Shown here piece by piece: positions 37,701 through 49,889 of a DNA stretch of 64,000 bases; within the stretch, counting starts at the first letter, position 1; every line of letters starts with the position of its first letter. The stretch comes from Paraspadella gotoi (lineage: Eukaryota > Animalia > Chaetognatha). The notes under the pieces are model-generated. The model made no database searches, had not been told where the DNA came from, and saw nothing but the letters and a program-made list of their open reading frames with translations. Location of the stretch: NCBI GenBank assembly GCA_051294375.1, contig CM119267.1, positions 15,912,105-15,976,104 on the forward strand. Reading direction: 5' to 3'. The position numbers and the translations under genes are program-made.

Positions 37701-40700
37701 CCCGGTTTTACCGTTCTTTCGTGGATGTTGCCCCGACACGCGCACGTCGCCGAGCTTTACTATCTATATATGGCGGCGTTGCTGGGTCAGCCCATTAAAA
37801 CGCCACCCCGCGACGCCCGTCTCGACATCGACGCTATCTGGAGTTATATTTTCGGCGTCCCCGCCGGCCAGTCCGTCGTTCCGGCCGTGCAAAAGGGAGA
37901 TCTCTCCGTGGAGGCCGCTGTGGTCGTTCTCACAATGGTGCGAGCTCTGTTGAACACCAACGTCACAGGTGAGAGAGACATGGTTTTGGTGTTGTGGGTC
38001 CATCATCTTACCATTCTCACTTTATCTCGGTGACTTAGACGAGGACGCCGGTTGTTGGCAAAAAGACTACCCCGTCACCGTGCTGCAGTTTTTGCTCTTC
38101 CTGTACCACAATCAGCCTGATTTGGCTCCGCTCTGCGCGACGCCAGAATTTCTTAGCGCCCTCGCTGCCACGATTTTTACCTACAAGACTTCATCGGATC
38201 CAAACTCGGACGTAGGAACTCCGGTCGAGGAAATTAAGGTGAAGATATAATATTATCTATCGTAGGCAAATTCTTTTCTGAATTAGTTCGCATTGATTCG
38301 CCTTCTTTTTGTAATTGTTTAATTCATTGTGCCTTTAGCCTTTAGTAATAGTATGTATTTAATCGTACCATACCTCTGATTGCATCCAGACCTTCGGCAC
38401 TCCCGACGACGCAATTGTCATATTAAACAAACCCTCTGGTACTAAGAATTTGCCCGGCGCCGCGAGCTCAGGCTCAGAATCAAGTTCCCTGACGTCGCAT
38501 CCGGCGCGCCGTCTCGTCATGGACTTTCTTAAGCTTATCATCGTCGATAATTTGTCATTGCCAGCGCACGGAGCCGTCAATAAAGGGGGTGAGGCTTTGA
38601 CAGCAACGTAACTTAAATAAATACTAAAGCTCGGTTGAAAGGTTTTTTGGTTTTATCTGTTGCAATATCATTGATGACTTGCTTCGCCGATTTTAAGGTT
38701 GCCCGGTTCTGGACGCCCTACTTGATGCGGCCCCAGACTACGCGTCCCAAGCTCAACAACGCGAGTTTCAGACGGATCTTCTTCGCAGCTTAATGAATCA
38801 TCTTCTGGCCGCAGACGCTCTTCTCGGAGACCAAGGGGCTCTTCCCGTCGTCGAGGGAGGATCACAACAAAGTCTCACCCTCAACGTATTTTATGTCGCG
38901 CAGCGTGTCGTCGACAAACTATGGCAAGGTTAGTCTTTGTTCGAATTGTTCCGTGCTCGCGAGATCGTACTATCATCATGATTTCTTCGTGACGAATAAA
39001 AGCGAGCCCCTTTACTTTAATGCGCGTTAAAGACGATTTTACAAAGCCATGGAAAAACCCTTTGTTTAATGAGGATGACAAGGAGGAGGGTATGTAAACG
39101 ACGAGTTCATATCACTTTGGGGATGTGATTTTCTCATTTTTATGTTTAGCTTTTTTCTTCTACGCCCAATTTCATTTTCACTCCAAGTCTCAAGGACTCG
39201 TTTTTTCTGATCGGATAAATGTTTTTGTAAAAAGTCTCAGAGAGTCTATGAAAAATAACTCTTTGTAAAAATTAAGTTGGATATAATATTAGTATCTAGA
39301 ATATTTTTGTGTTTGTTAGTCCTTCATTCACTATTTAAATTTTAAGTTTAAAAGTATACTAAGGTATATATTTCCGAAAATATACATCTGTTAGTTTCAA
39401 AACTCGGGTTGCGCTTTTTTCTCTGCCTCTGCTCGTCATTTCTTTTTCGCTGAGGTTTTTTTAACACCACGATAAATGACAGCGTTTACAGGCATGTTTA
39501 TATTTCTTTGCCTTTTTAGATGATTGAATGCATGTTGTTTTTTTATTTTTTTTTATTTTTTAAACGAGGGACATTACAATTAAATAAACGGCTGATGATT
39601 TAAAACATTGGCATTAAAAGATAACTGTACAGACTCGTTCGGAAAAGATAATTATTTTTATATGAAGTCAGCAGAAATAGCAAAATGAAGTTTTAAGTAA
39701 TTTAATAAACGCTTTGCTTTGCTTTGTTTTTAATTCGCTTTTTGTTGAATATTACAATCTCAACAATTATTTTTCCTTTTTAGGCGTTTTTCTTGGGGAA
39801 TCAAAGGAAGTATTTGATTTTATCAGCCGACTCATCGCACAAGCAAAGCGAAGAGGTACGTGTTTATTTATGTTTTATATTATAATATTCTGTTATAGCT
39901 ATTATGATTATTATTTTTGTTAGATATTAGTTGTTACAAACTTGTTTAATGTTTATTTGACGTCTGCTTTCGTTTAGTTGTGAATACTGTGGTTTATAAA
40001 AATGGTAAGATTCTTCACTAGAGATTAATTTAATGAACGAATACTGAACAGCATTGTTTTAATTTTTTAGATAATTGAGTTTTGTGATCAGCTTCTGTTT
40101 TCGTTTTTTTTTTTTTTTTTTCTAACTATGATTTAGCAATGTTACAAGAGCACTTAGAAATCGCAGACATCACAGATCGTAAATCGCATGTTGTTTGGAA
40201 AGAGCAGATGTACAGATTGATTTTTCAGGGTATGCACTTAAATTTCATTCCGTTCAGTTATTGAAAAAACATTAACAACCATTGACAATTTTTAATTTAA
40301 AAAAATGATTTTCCAGCAACGGGACTTTCGCTCGACCCTATCTATCGCAGTTTAAATCGGACAATCCTTTTTCAGGTAAGTTTAAGGAAAAAATTTTCTA
40401 GGTCATATTAATTCAATTATATCATAATTTATCTAGCTCTCTCGTCCTGCTTACACCGTTCCGGATCAAATGAACGTGCTCGATTCGCTGCACCAGTTGA
40501 CGCACAACCGAAGCCTCGTTTTCGGTCCCGGAAACTACGAGTCGGATTTCGTGGGTTGTCTTTGCCATTGTCTTCTGCAACTGACAGAAGACATCGAGAG
40601 TTCGCAGAGCAAGAAGAGAACAACTTGGCACGTGGAGACGCCAGTTATTTCCGTGGCGATGAGCGAGATCGACGTGGAAAAATCCCCCGTACAGGTTAGA

Positions 40701-43700
40701 CGCGGAAAGCGAATGTTTTCAAAGGCCGTTCCTTCGAAATGACGCTCATTTTTTCCAGGGTCGCCCAACTTCGACCACCGACGTCCCTCCGAATTTGCTG
40801 GAAGTCAAAACGGAAAGCGGGGAAAAGGCTGGTCCCGAAGGCCTGCAGCTTCTCGCCAACGCCGCCAAGCGAGTCTGGGAAGAGCTCGTTAACTGCAAGC
40901 GCCAGACGATTGAGGAAGTGTTCAAGGTGACGCTAACCCCGGCCACCCTTGAAGGCTGTTCCGTGGTGTCGGGTCATTCCAGCGACCTCAAAACCGTGCG
41001 ACCGCTAATCCAAGAGGCGGCCAACAGAGTCTGGCAAAGCTATGTCAGCTCCGAGCGTCGGACGTGTCAGCGCGACGCAGAGAAAGCCAATCAGGTGGCA
41101 AGATTAAAAAAGATTATTATAGTAGATTACAAAAACTCTCATTGACAAATATTCTGCAGATGTTGACTTCCCGTCTTATGCGGGTCGGGTCCGGTCTCAG
41201 CAAATTAACAACTCGAAAAAAATCTCATGCTCCTTCAGCAGCGGGGGCCAAAAATATCCTTCCGACTTTCCAGGAATACGTTTTGTGGACGTATTCTCAC
41301 GCTTCGATCGTGCGGGAACTTGTGAGCATGCAGGTTTGTTTTGGGAAGGCCTCCATCCAGTCATTGATTTTTTTTTTCATTCGTGCTAAACTGTTGTGAT
41401 AACAGTAAGCGAATCCATAAATAATTAAATATGGCCTTCACAATCCCCCTACAGTACAAGCAATTTCGCCAAGCTCAGCTGCACCTTCAAAATATCGTTT
41501 ATGATGAATGGATGGAGACGGAGATTGAGTTGACTCGGGAACGTGGCCTGTGGGGTCCGTCGGCTGGGTCCAGGTTGGATAAGTGGAAACTCGACATGAC
41601 TGAGGGACCCTGCCGGATGAGGAAGAAAATGACCAGGAACGACATGTTTTACATCAACTACCCCTGGAGGCCCGAGCTGGAATTGGGCAACCCTAACGAT
41701 GCCGTACAGGACGCGAGAAATCAGAATATGAAGGCAAAATATAGGTACAGCCTCGTTCCAAATTATCCCTCATTGTTTCGCCGTAAGCAGTTTTATTGTT
41801 CATTTGTATATCGTTTATAGGGTTGCTATCAGCATGGACAGCAAAGATCACTACCAAAGATATCGTGCGCGGTCGCTGGTCGATTCCAGCGACAGCGGAT
41901 TCGTCTCCAGTCTGGGGAGCACCGGTCATTCCATTGTGCCCGAAATGCCGGATCATGTCGAGGTAGAAAATATCCAGCCTCAAGATATTCGCGACGCCGT
42001 TTTGAAAGGTTAGGAAAGTTTTTTATTTACAGGACGGGGACTTCTTAGAACTTCATTCTTATGTACCTCCCGTCATGTTTTCTAAATCAGGCGTGACCCT
42101 GCTTCCACGACCCCGCAGTCAACGAAGCCTTATCGACCCCGACGAAGATGACACCCACCAACCTGTCTTACCCGAAACTAGTTCCGTTGCCTCGGAGAGC
42201 GTCCATGGCGACGAGGTTCCAAGCTTGACCTCGGCGACGCCGTCGACCCCGGCCCCATCCGGAGTTTCCACGGGCGCCAAGTCGGACGTTAATCAAATAA
42301 TTTGGCGCCTCTTGGAAGAGGGCGAAAAGATCCGCCACATGTTCCGTTGCGCCAGAATTCAAGGACTAGACACTCACGAAGGTCTCCTGCTATTCGGAAA
42401 GGAGCATTACTATGTTATCGACGGTTTCACCCTCCTCAAGACCAAGGAGATATGCGACATCGATGCCTTGCCACCTGGCGTTCACGATCCCATCATACCC
42501 AATCCCAACGCCACGCCGCAGGCCACGCGAAAAGTCTGCAGCAAATTTTCTTACGAAAACATCCGCGAGGTTCTCAAGCGACGCTACCTCCTGCAGCCTA
42601 ACGCCTTGGAAGTCTTTTCCGCCGATGGTCGCAACTACCTGCTCGCTTTCCCGCGCAAAATCCGCAACCGCGTCCACCAAAAGTTTCTTTCGGTGGCGAC
42701 GTCGATCACCGACTCGGCCGCGGATTCCGTCGCCGGGCAGAAGCGAAACGCCGACGTCGAGGCCGGAACTGGAATTCTCGGCTCTCTCATGGGAGAACGG
42801 TCCGTCACCCAGCGTTGGGAAAAGGGAGAAATTACTAATTTCCAGTACCTCATGCACTTGAATACGTTGGCCGGTGAGATAGTGAGGGAGTGAAAATTAT
42901 ATTGTGAGCGGTGGATGATAGAAGCATTATTAAAAAATAAGAGTGCTCGATCAGTGCTGATTCTTTATCAGAAACCCCCACATTACGTATTATGTACTTT
43001 TCCTGTTTCACAGCTTCATTAATCTTCTACCTAATCTTTTTTTACATGTGGACAGGACGATCATACAACGACTTGATGCAGTATCCCGTTTTTCCTTGGA
43101 TTATTGCCGACTATGATGGCCAAGACTTGGACCTGTACAGTGCCTCTACTTTCCGCGACCTTTCCAAGCCAATGGGAGCCTTGCATCCCGACCGCCTCGA
43201 ACAGTACAAGAAACGTCATAGAGAGTGGGACGATCCCACCGGTGAGACGCCGCCATATCATTATGGGACCCACTACTCTTCGGCGATGATCGTAGCTTCT
43301 TATCTTGTACGAATGGAACCGTTTACCCAGGTTGTCCAATTGTTTGGTTCTTCAGATTTTTTGGCTGATGATTTAAGATGTTCCTTTCTCCTTGCACAGC
43401 TATTCCTAAAGCTGCAGGGAGGACACTTTGATCTAGCGGACCGTATGTTTCATTCAATACGGGAAACATGGTTGTCAGCAGCGAAAAACAACATGGCCGA
43501 CGTCAAAGAACTCATCCCCGAATTTTACTACCTACCAGAGTTTTTGAAAAATTCCAACAAGTAAACATTTAGTAAAATTTTATCCATAACTAAAACTAAA
43601 TACCGAAAAACTCGACAGGGTCCCTGTCCCTGTCAGGGATAACTTATACATATTACTAATCACTAAATTATCTACTGAAGGTTTGATCTCGGTGTGAAAC

Positions 43701-46700
43701 AATCCGGAGTTGCCCTTGACGACGTGGTGCTTCCGCCTTGGGCCAAAGGAGATCCTCGAGAGTTTGTGAGAGCTCACCGCGAGGCACTCGAATGTGACTT
43801 CGTTTCGGCGCATCTCAACGAATGGATTGACCTCATATTTGGCTTCAAACAGCAGGGTCAGCCAGCTTACGAGGCCGTCAACGTATTTCACCATCTCTTC
43901 TACGAGGGCAATGTCGATATCGATAGCATCACGGATCCTTTGAAGAAAAATGCCACCATCGGCTTTATCAACAATTTCGGGCAAATTCCCAAACAGCTCT
44001 TCAAGAAACCCCATCCCGCCAAACGACTTAGCCGTAGTAACTTCGATTATCTAGGGCCTCTCGGAGTGACACCGGCGATAGGTTCGGTCGCGGCTTCAGC
44101 AGCCGCCGCTTCCCAGACCGCTCCGACTTCGACCTCGACCAACGCGCCACCTGTTACGTCGTTTCCTGTTAGCGCTCCGCCGCCGGCCCCCGTCGCTCCT
44201 AATAACTCTCAACCAGCACAAACGGACAAACTTTTCTTTCACCATTGCAGCGTCTTGCAACCGACGGTGCAGCCGGTCAAGGAGTTGAAAGGAGCTGCCG
44301 CCGTCGGGTCTATGGTGTCCACTGAGCGCGGGACTTTGCTCGCCGTCGAACAAAACAAGTGCCTCATCCCGCCGCTTTTTCACCGTTACGTGGCCTGGGG
44401 CTTCGCTGATTTGAGCCTTCGCGTGGGTGACTATCATTCGGATCGCACCGTTCCCGGGATGGTCTACGAGATGCTGTCCAGCGGCGAAGTTCTTTGCGCC
44501 GCCTGTCCCACTGAAAACATCCTCGTCACCGGGGGCACCTCGTCGGTGGTTCACGTCTGGGAATTTGGTGCGAATCTTGTGATATTTGTACTGTATGCAT
44601 ATTGAATCTCTAAATGAAATCTTTTCCTCGTGTCCTCAGGCGGCCGATCGTCCTCTCGCGACTCTTCAGTTTCCGGATCGTCGGATGTTCGTAAATCCCT
44701 CGCGCCTAAACGGCCACTTTATGGACACACGGAAGCGGTGACGTGCATGGCTGCCTCCGCTCTTTGGCACATCATCGTCTCGGGCTCGCGAGACCGCACA
44801 TGCATCCTCTGGGACATGAATGGCCTCTGCTTCCTACGGCAACTCGGCCCCCACTCGGCGCCCGTCGCTGCCGTCGCCATTAACGAACTCACAGGCGACG
44901 TCTGTTCCTGCGCGGGCACGTATCTGCACGTCTGGGCCGGACTTAGCGGGGAGCTCATCGCTTCAATTAACACCGCTAACAGCCGGTAATTAAGAGGCTA
45001 CGACCGAATTGTTACATTCACCAAATTTATCAAAATTGTCACAATAATTCTAATATAATAACTTTCTTTGTGGTATAATTAATTTCAAACTCTTCTAATA
45101 ACTTTCTTTTAGGTCAAGCCAAATCTTATGCGTTGCAATGTCGGAAATGAGTGAATGGGATCTGCGTGGCGGCAACACCATCCTCACTGGTTCGAGTGAT
45201 GGCGTGGTGCGGATGTGGAGCCTGCAGTTCGTACAGGTCCCGGACGAGGCGGCAAAGGAGAAGCCGTCGGCTCCGGTCGTCGACGCCGAAAAGGATGACA
45301 AAGACGTCGACAACTTCAATTCTCATTCTACGAACTTCAACGGTGAGTTAATTACCTCTTAAGGTCGCCGTCAATGACGACATAATGACAAACTTATCTT
45401 TTATCCCCAGAAAATTCCTCGGCCGCCCATTCCGACGGTGCCAATGGGGTCAGCGCGCGGCGTCCTTCCATCGACTCCGACTCCTCCGCCGAATCAATGG
45501 AGGCAAAAATGACGGAACTGATAATGGCTGACGAAGCGGAGGAGGCCCGCGAGACACCGGAACCTTCCGTCAAGGAAATCGCCGCGGAAGACAAAGTTGT
45601 TGTCGCGAGTGACCAGCCAAACCCTTCTCCGTCGGCCAATCTGCCCAAGGAAGGTGGCCGTGACAAGTCACCACCCGATCCCATTTCGACATGGAGCGAA
45701 GACGGATGTCATGTCTTTGTTCCTAACTGGGGCGAGACTAGCTGCACCCCGTCGACTCTACGGAGTAAGCTCCGACTTCTCCATTCAAATCTCTGTAACT
45801 CGACATATAATATCGTAATCCATTGATTAATCATGTCAGGCCAATTGGAGGCGGAAGGCCCGGGTGTGGCAGTCGATTCTCCAGCAGACTCTTATCCGTC
45901 CACGGAAAGCTTCGAGATTCTCTCTGTGGCGGAAGTCAACGCTGCCAAGAAACAAGAACGGTGATTTTTTTTTTTTATCTCGAAAGAAAGAACCGATTTG
46001 ATTTAGTTTCTTGAAATTTGTCAGAGCGGCGACGCTCTCTGCAAAGAACATTCGCTCGGACGGATCCTTTCGTCGTCCTTCCGTCAAATTGCGGGACGGT
46101 TACAAATGGCGGAGGCAGTTAACACTTAGGAGCAAACTGACCATGCATACCGCTTTTGATAGAAAAGACAACAAAAATCCGGTAAGGATGAGTCTAGTAT
46201 TCGGTATTCACGGCTCGTGTCAATGCTTACGGATTTTTGCATAGGCGGCAGTGACGGCGATCTCGATATCAAAGGATCATAAGACGGTGTACGTGGGCGA
46301 CGAACGCGGTCGAATCTTTAGCTGGAGTGTGCCTAACAATCCGGGAAGAACCATTGCTGATCACTGGGTCAGGGACGAGGGAGCGGTAAGATCTATTAAC
46401 GATGACAGTATTGTGTTTGGTATTTCTCCATTGTCTTTTTCTTAACCCAGGACTCTTGCGTTTCTTGTGGAGTTCGCTTCAGCTTCAGTGAACGGCGTCA
46501 TCACTGCCGTAACTGTGGATTGGTATTTTGCCGCAACTGCTCTCGTTTCGAGTCGGAGATCTCACGATTGAGAATTCGAAAGCCCGTCCGCGTGTGCCAG
46601 ACCTGTTATACGACGCTGCAGTCGGAGGGTGACACGCCCTCGATGAAGACCGGTTCATCCTCGCCGGCACCCTCTGGCGGGAAACACACTAGTCAAGCCG

Positions 46701-46720
46701 CCAATTCGGAAACCAATTGA
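22746..46720 (+). CDS. WDFY3: WDFY3/ALFY/blue cheese (ARM, ConA-like, PH-BEACH, WD40, FYVE); many short introns
   Basis: MNIMRRLVG start; [10 protein letters not shown]; MLPLFCKVF; BEACH motifs ([44 protein letters not shown]); WD40 repeats; terminal [20 protein letters not shown]. Confidence 0.95.
27992..28079. repeat. intronic AT-rich inverted repeat
   Basis: AAAGTTTTAATGATTTTTTACAAC pairs with GTTATAAAAAATCATTAAAACTTT. Confidence 0.5.
28186..28257 (-). mobile_element. Helentron/HINE (DINE-1-like) terminal remnant
   Basis: GACA/GACC microsatellite, then TTATAGAGTTGC-TC-CGCGAGTACTCGCG-GC-GCAACTAAAAA stem-loop. A related remnant TTTAGTTGCG..TCGGTCGGTCAGTCGG lies at ~5580-5618. Confidence 0.5.
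28381..29733 (-). CDS. ATD-less ionotropic glutamate receptor/IR-like gene B (S1-M1-P-M3-S2-M4), nested antisense in a WDFY3 intron; needs a non-canonical GC donor (intron 29396-29265) or is a pseudogene
   Basis: [25 protein letters not shown]; pore FIQQ; [10 protein letters not shown]; M4 segment. No GT donor before the TGA at 29386. Confidence 0.75.
29796..31069 (-). CDS. ATD-less ionotropic glutamate receptor/IR-like gene A; exons 31069-30844, 30769-29796 (399 aa)
   Basis: [16 protein letters not shown]|[17 protein letters not shown]; pore FLQQ; [10 protein letters not shown]; YGVMNGTS; M4. One phase-1 GT-AG intron of 74 nt. Confidence 0.85.
32607..33830 (+). other. duplicated WDFY3 exon block: version A (32607-32831 + 32991-33206) and version B (33510-33830)
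   Basis: Both start GERVFPP and share FS.W.CVD.FS, HP.RLL and RDRSL..ST. Both are phase 1-1. Confidence 0.85.
37157..37377 (-). mobile_element. tRNA-derived SINE in a WDFY3 intron
   Basis: The minus strand reads GGTCCCATTGGCTTAGACAG (A-box-like)...GGTTCAATCCC (B-box)..., followed by a ~150-nt GC-rich body. 3' end is approximate; no TSD seen. Confidence 0.7.
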
Positions 46721-47228
46721 GCCGATGAGCGACATGTCCCAAACCATTTCAAGTGTGTGGAAAGCGTAACGGATATATTGTGATACAAATGACAAAAAAA
46801 GTACGCGCCAATGTAGCAGGATGGAGGCTGTGCTGATCAGATGGCTATTCTTCTGAGTTATTAGCTAATAGCTATACTTCTATTCAATTTGATTTCCTGG
46901 TCATCTTGATAAAAACCGCTTTTCATTTGAATTGTCCCTCGTCTGCAAAATGCCTTTTACCGTTACTGATTCAGTATAGAGCTTTATTTTGTGTTTTGCA
47001 AACTTTTCTAACCAAATATATCTCATTAGACTAAACGTTGCTAATAAATTTCTTACAAACTTCATTTGTGAAAAAAATTTTCTCACTTTTATCTAGTCTT
47101 TTTATTGTTTACAATTTGATTGTGGTGTAATCATCACCTAGTATTATTTATTCTTCAATAGTGATTGTTGATTATAAAACTGTGTATCCGTGTCTTTTTT
47201 TTTTTCAAGAACTAATTAAGTAATAAAA

Positions 47229-49889
47229 ATGGTATTTGGAAGATTTTACGTTCGAATGCTTGAAACATTTCCATATTTTACGGCGTCATTATCCACGGGT
47301 ACCTTAATGGCCTCTGGTGATATTATTGCTCAAAAAATCATTGAAGAAAAACCGCGATGGGACAAAGTTCGATCTCTTTCTTTCTTCATTATTGGCTCCA
47401 CCTTTTTTGGACCCGCGTTAACCCGCTGGTATCGATATCTCGATCGAGTCATACCACAAGTTAAAATGATTCCTCCAAAAAGTCACGGTCTCGCCAAATT
47501 GGTGAGTCTAAATTGTCACATATTACATTCAATACAGAAGGCTTCATATTATAAAATGTGGTACCCCTTTTTTGTGACCAGAACACATTCCGAGGAAACT
47601 ACTGGACCAAATTTATTGAAATTTAGTATGAACGATCCCTATGTGAATATAAATAGAACTATCGAGGCGAATTTCAATATTTGACCCCTGAGCCGAGATA
47701 TGTGGCCCCGGAGGAGTCACCCTTAGGAGCAATAAATGGTCAAAATTTTTTAAAAAATTTTTCATTATTTTTGTTTTGAACAGTTGCTAGACGTTTACTT
47801 TTCCACAAAAACGTATTAATTACCACAGAAATATTAGTTTACCTTAATTTTCAGCTTCATGAACATCAGCAGTTCAAGTCAGTTTTGGAATAATTTAGGA
47901 AAATTGGAAGTAAAATGATGAACCATGCATCTTCAAACTATTCTTAATTATTGAAAATTTTTCAATTTTAGTTTTAAAATGTTTTTTCATATGTTTAAAA
48001 CGTAAATGCACCTGATGCCACTAAAAAATATTCAAAAAATGTAAAACAATTTTTAGGTTTTTTTGGCCCCCAGGGGTCCACCCCCAGGGCCCTGTATCTC
48101 TTGTCAGGGGTTGAATATTAAAATTCGCCTCGATAGTTCCATTTATATCGTCATTAAGACTCTAAATGTAAAATTTCATGAAATTCGATCAGGTGTTTGG
48201 TAGGAACAGATTCTGGTCACAAAAAAAGGTGGTACTGTGGCGGTTATATTCACTAAGGCGTAGTAAAATTTCTAAAATTTAACTTTAATTAAAATTCTAA
48301 AAGTGAAGAACGAACAAATTATATTAATGAACATTTATGTAATAAAAAAATTATAATAAATTTTACAATTTACGCAGTAGGCCATATTTATACTAGTACT
48401 AAATCAATAAATGTTAAAATTTCACAACAGTTTTTCTAAGATTTTTTTGCAGATTTGGATCGTCATAAAAGTTGATAAAAAGAAATATACTCTTTTGAAA
48501 AATTCCTTCATTAAGTGGGTCAAAAATTAGAAAAAGCTATATTTTAAGCTGAAAATTAACTTTTTATATATTAAATATAGTTTTTTTAATTTTTAACCCA
48601 CTTAATGAAAGTATTTTTAAAAATGATTTATATTTTCTTTTATCAACTTTTGACGAGGAATTCAAATCTGCAATCAAATTAAGATAAGCTTATTTTGAAA
48701 TTTTTCGATTTTATAAGGATATACTATATATAAATATAGCCTACTGCGAAAATTAAAAAGCATAAAATTAATTTTTTTTACAAATTAATGTTCACTGATG
48801 GTATGTTGTTCATAATTGACTTTTAGAATTTTCGTATGTAACTTCACTACGCCTAATGGCATCACAGGCAACCCGGCTGTTGCCATAAGTGGTGAGCCCT
48901 ACTATCGAACACGCAACCTTCTCAGGGTACGCTACGACAAACGCCTATGCCCTGCCGACTTTGGGTACGCTACGACAAACGCCTATGCCCCTGGGTACGC
49001 TACGACAAACGCCTATGCCCCCACAACTCGCGCTCTCTCTCTCTCTCCCACTATGGTAGCAGTCTTGTCAGACACCTCTCAGGCTTGAGAAACCTGAGTG
49101 ATGTCTTGACCCGGGGATCCTGTGGCGGTATATTCACACTGCCTCACGTCCACCATACGTCAGCCAAATCCATTGGCTCAGAGGGGGAACACACCATCCC
49201 AGGCGTAGTGTTCCATCCACAGTCCTAATGACTTCCCTCTGCGTTGGCAAAGCGAGACCGTCCTAGGGTAACCGCGCCAGTGACTGGAGGCGTCACTGAG
49301 GGTCGGAAGCCCCCAAAGCCAACAGTGAGATGCCCCATCCCAATGGGCATCACAGGCAGCCCGGCTGTTGGCCATAGTACCACATTTTATAATATGAAGC
49401 CTTCTGTATATCATGAATATGAATTACTTAGTCCTTTCAAAGAATAATTGTGGTCATATTTATTTTTTTTTGCTTCTCAAATGACTATTCTATCTGAGCG
49501 GTGATTTTGACGGGGGTGGACTCGGAATATTATTATTTACTTTTTATTTATTATAGGCGTGCGACCAAGTTTTTTTCGCCCCGTTCGCGACTGGGATTTT
49601 TCTCGGTTACTTTGCACTTCTTCGTGGTGAACGAGATGGCGCAAAACTTCAACTGATTCAAAATGACTATTTAGACATTCTCACTAACAACTACAAATAC
49701 TGGCCTTTCGTGCAACTTTTTAACTTTTACATGATTCCGTTGAAGCATCGGATTATGGTAGTGAACATCGCGGCGCTGTTTTGGAACACATACCTTTCCT
49801 GGCGCACAAATCTTAACGATAAGATTATTTCGGTCAATGAAATATCACCTGATATCGATGTGGGAAATTACGAGTCGAACCATTCTTAA
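47229..49889 (+). CDS. MPV17: MPV17 mitochondrial inner-membrane protein; exons 47229-47501, 49557-49889 (201 aa)
   Basis: GDIIAQ, RWYRYLDR, DQVFFAP, NYKYWPFVQLFNFYMIP, WNTYLSW. One phase-0 intron of ~2 kb. Confidence 0.88.
48257..48853. mobile_element. PIF/Harbinger-like foldback MITE inserted in the 5' LTR
   Basis: TAA on both sides. Termini GGCGTAGTAAAATT / AACTTCACTACGCC. Whole ~600 nt is a degenerate palindrome (e.g. CGCAGTAGGC/GCCTACTGCG, TTCATTAAGTGGG/CCCACTTAATGAA). Confidence 0.75.
48925..49020 (+). repeat. three exact copies of a 28-bp unit inside the LTR element
   Basis: GGGTACGCTACGACAAACGCCTATGCCC at 48925, 48963 and 48993. Confidence 0.95.

Larger units (their letters stand above)
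48236..49376 (+). mobile_element. TRIM-like non-autonomous LTR element (LTRs 48236-48887 and 49121-49376)
   Basis: Both LTRs begin TGTGGCGGT(T)ATATTCAC and end GGCATCACAGGCA.CCCGGCTGTTG(G)CCATA. GTAC TSD. tRNA-Trp-complementary PBS at 48890-48922. No coding capacity. Confidence 0.75.
47535..49406. mobile_element. Tc1/mariner-type foldback MITE, interrupted in its right TIR
   Basis: Perfect 30-bp TIRs CAGAAGGCTTCATATTATAAAATGTGGTAC (47535-47564 / 49377-49406) with flanking TA. Imperfect inner inverted arms at 47565-47735 vs 48060-48235. Confidence 0.88.

Noticed and set aside
42168-45684. Many overlapping antisense and alternate-frame ORFs
   Set aside because: Shadows of GC-rich WDFY3 exons with no recognisable domains.
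48925-49020. 28-bp direct repeats resembling a mini CRISPR array
   Set aside because: Spacers are only 10 and 2 nt, the context is a eukaryotic intron inside an LTR element, and there are no cas genes.
49060-49240. Hammerhead ribozyme (CTGAGTGA, CTAATGA and GAAA motifs)
   Set aside because: The motifs are not arranged as CUGANGA-stem II-GAAA-stem III on either strand.
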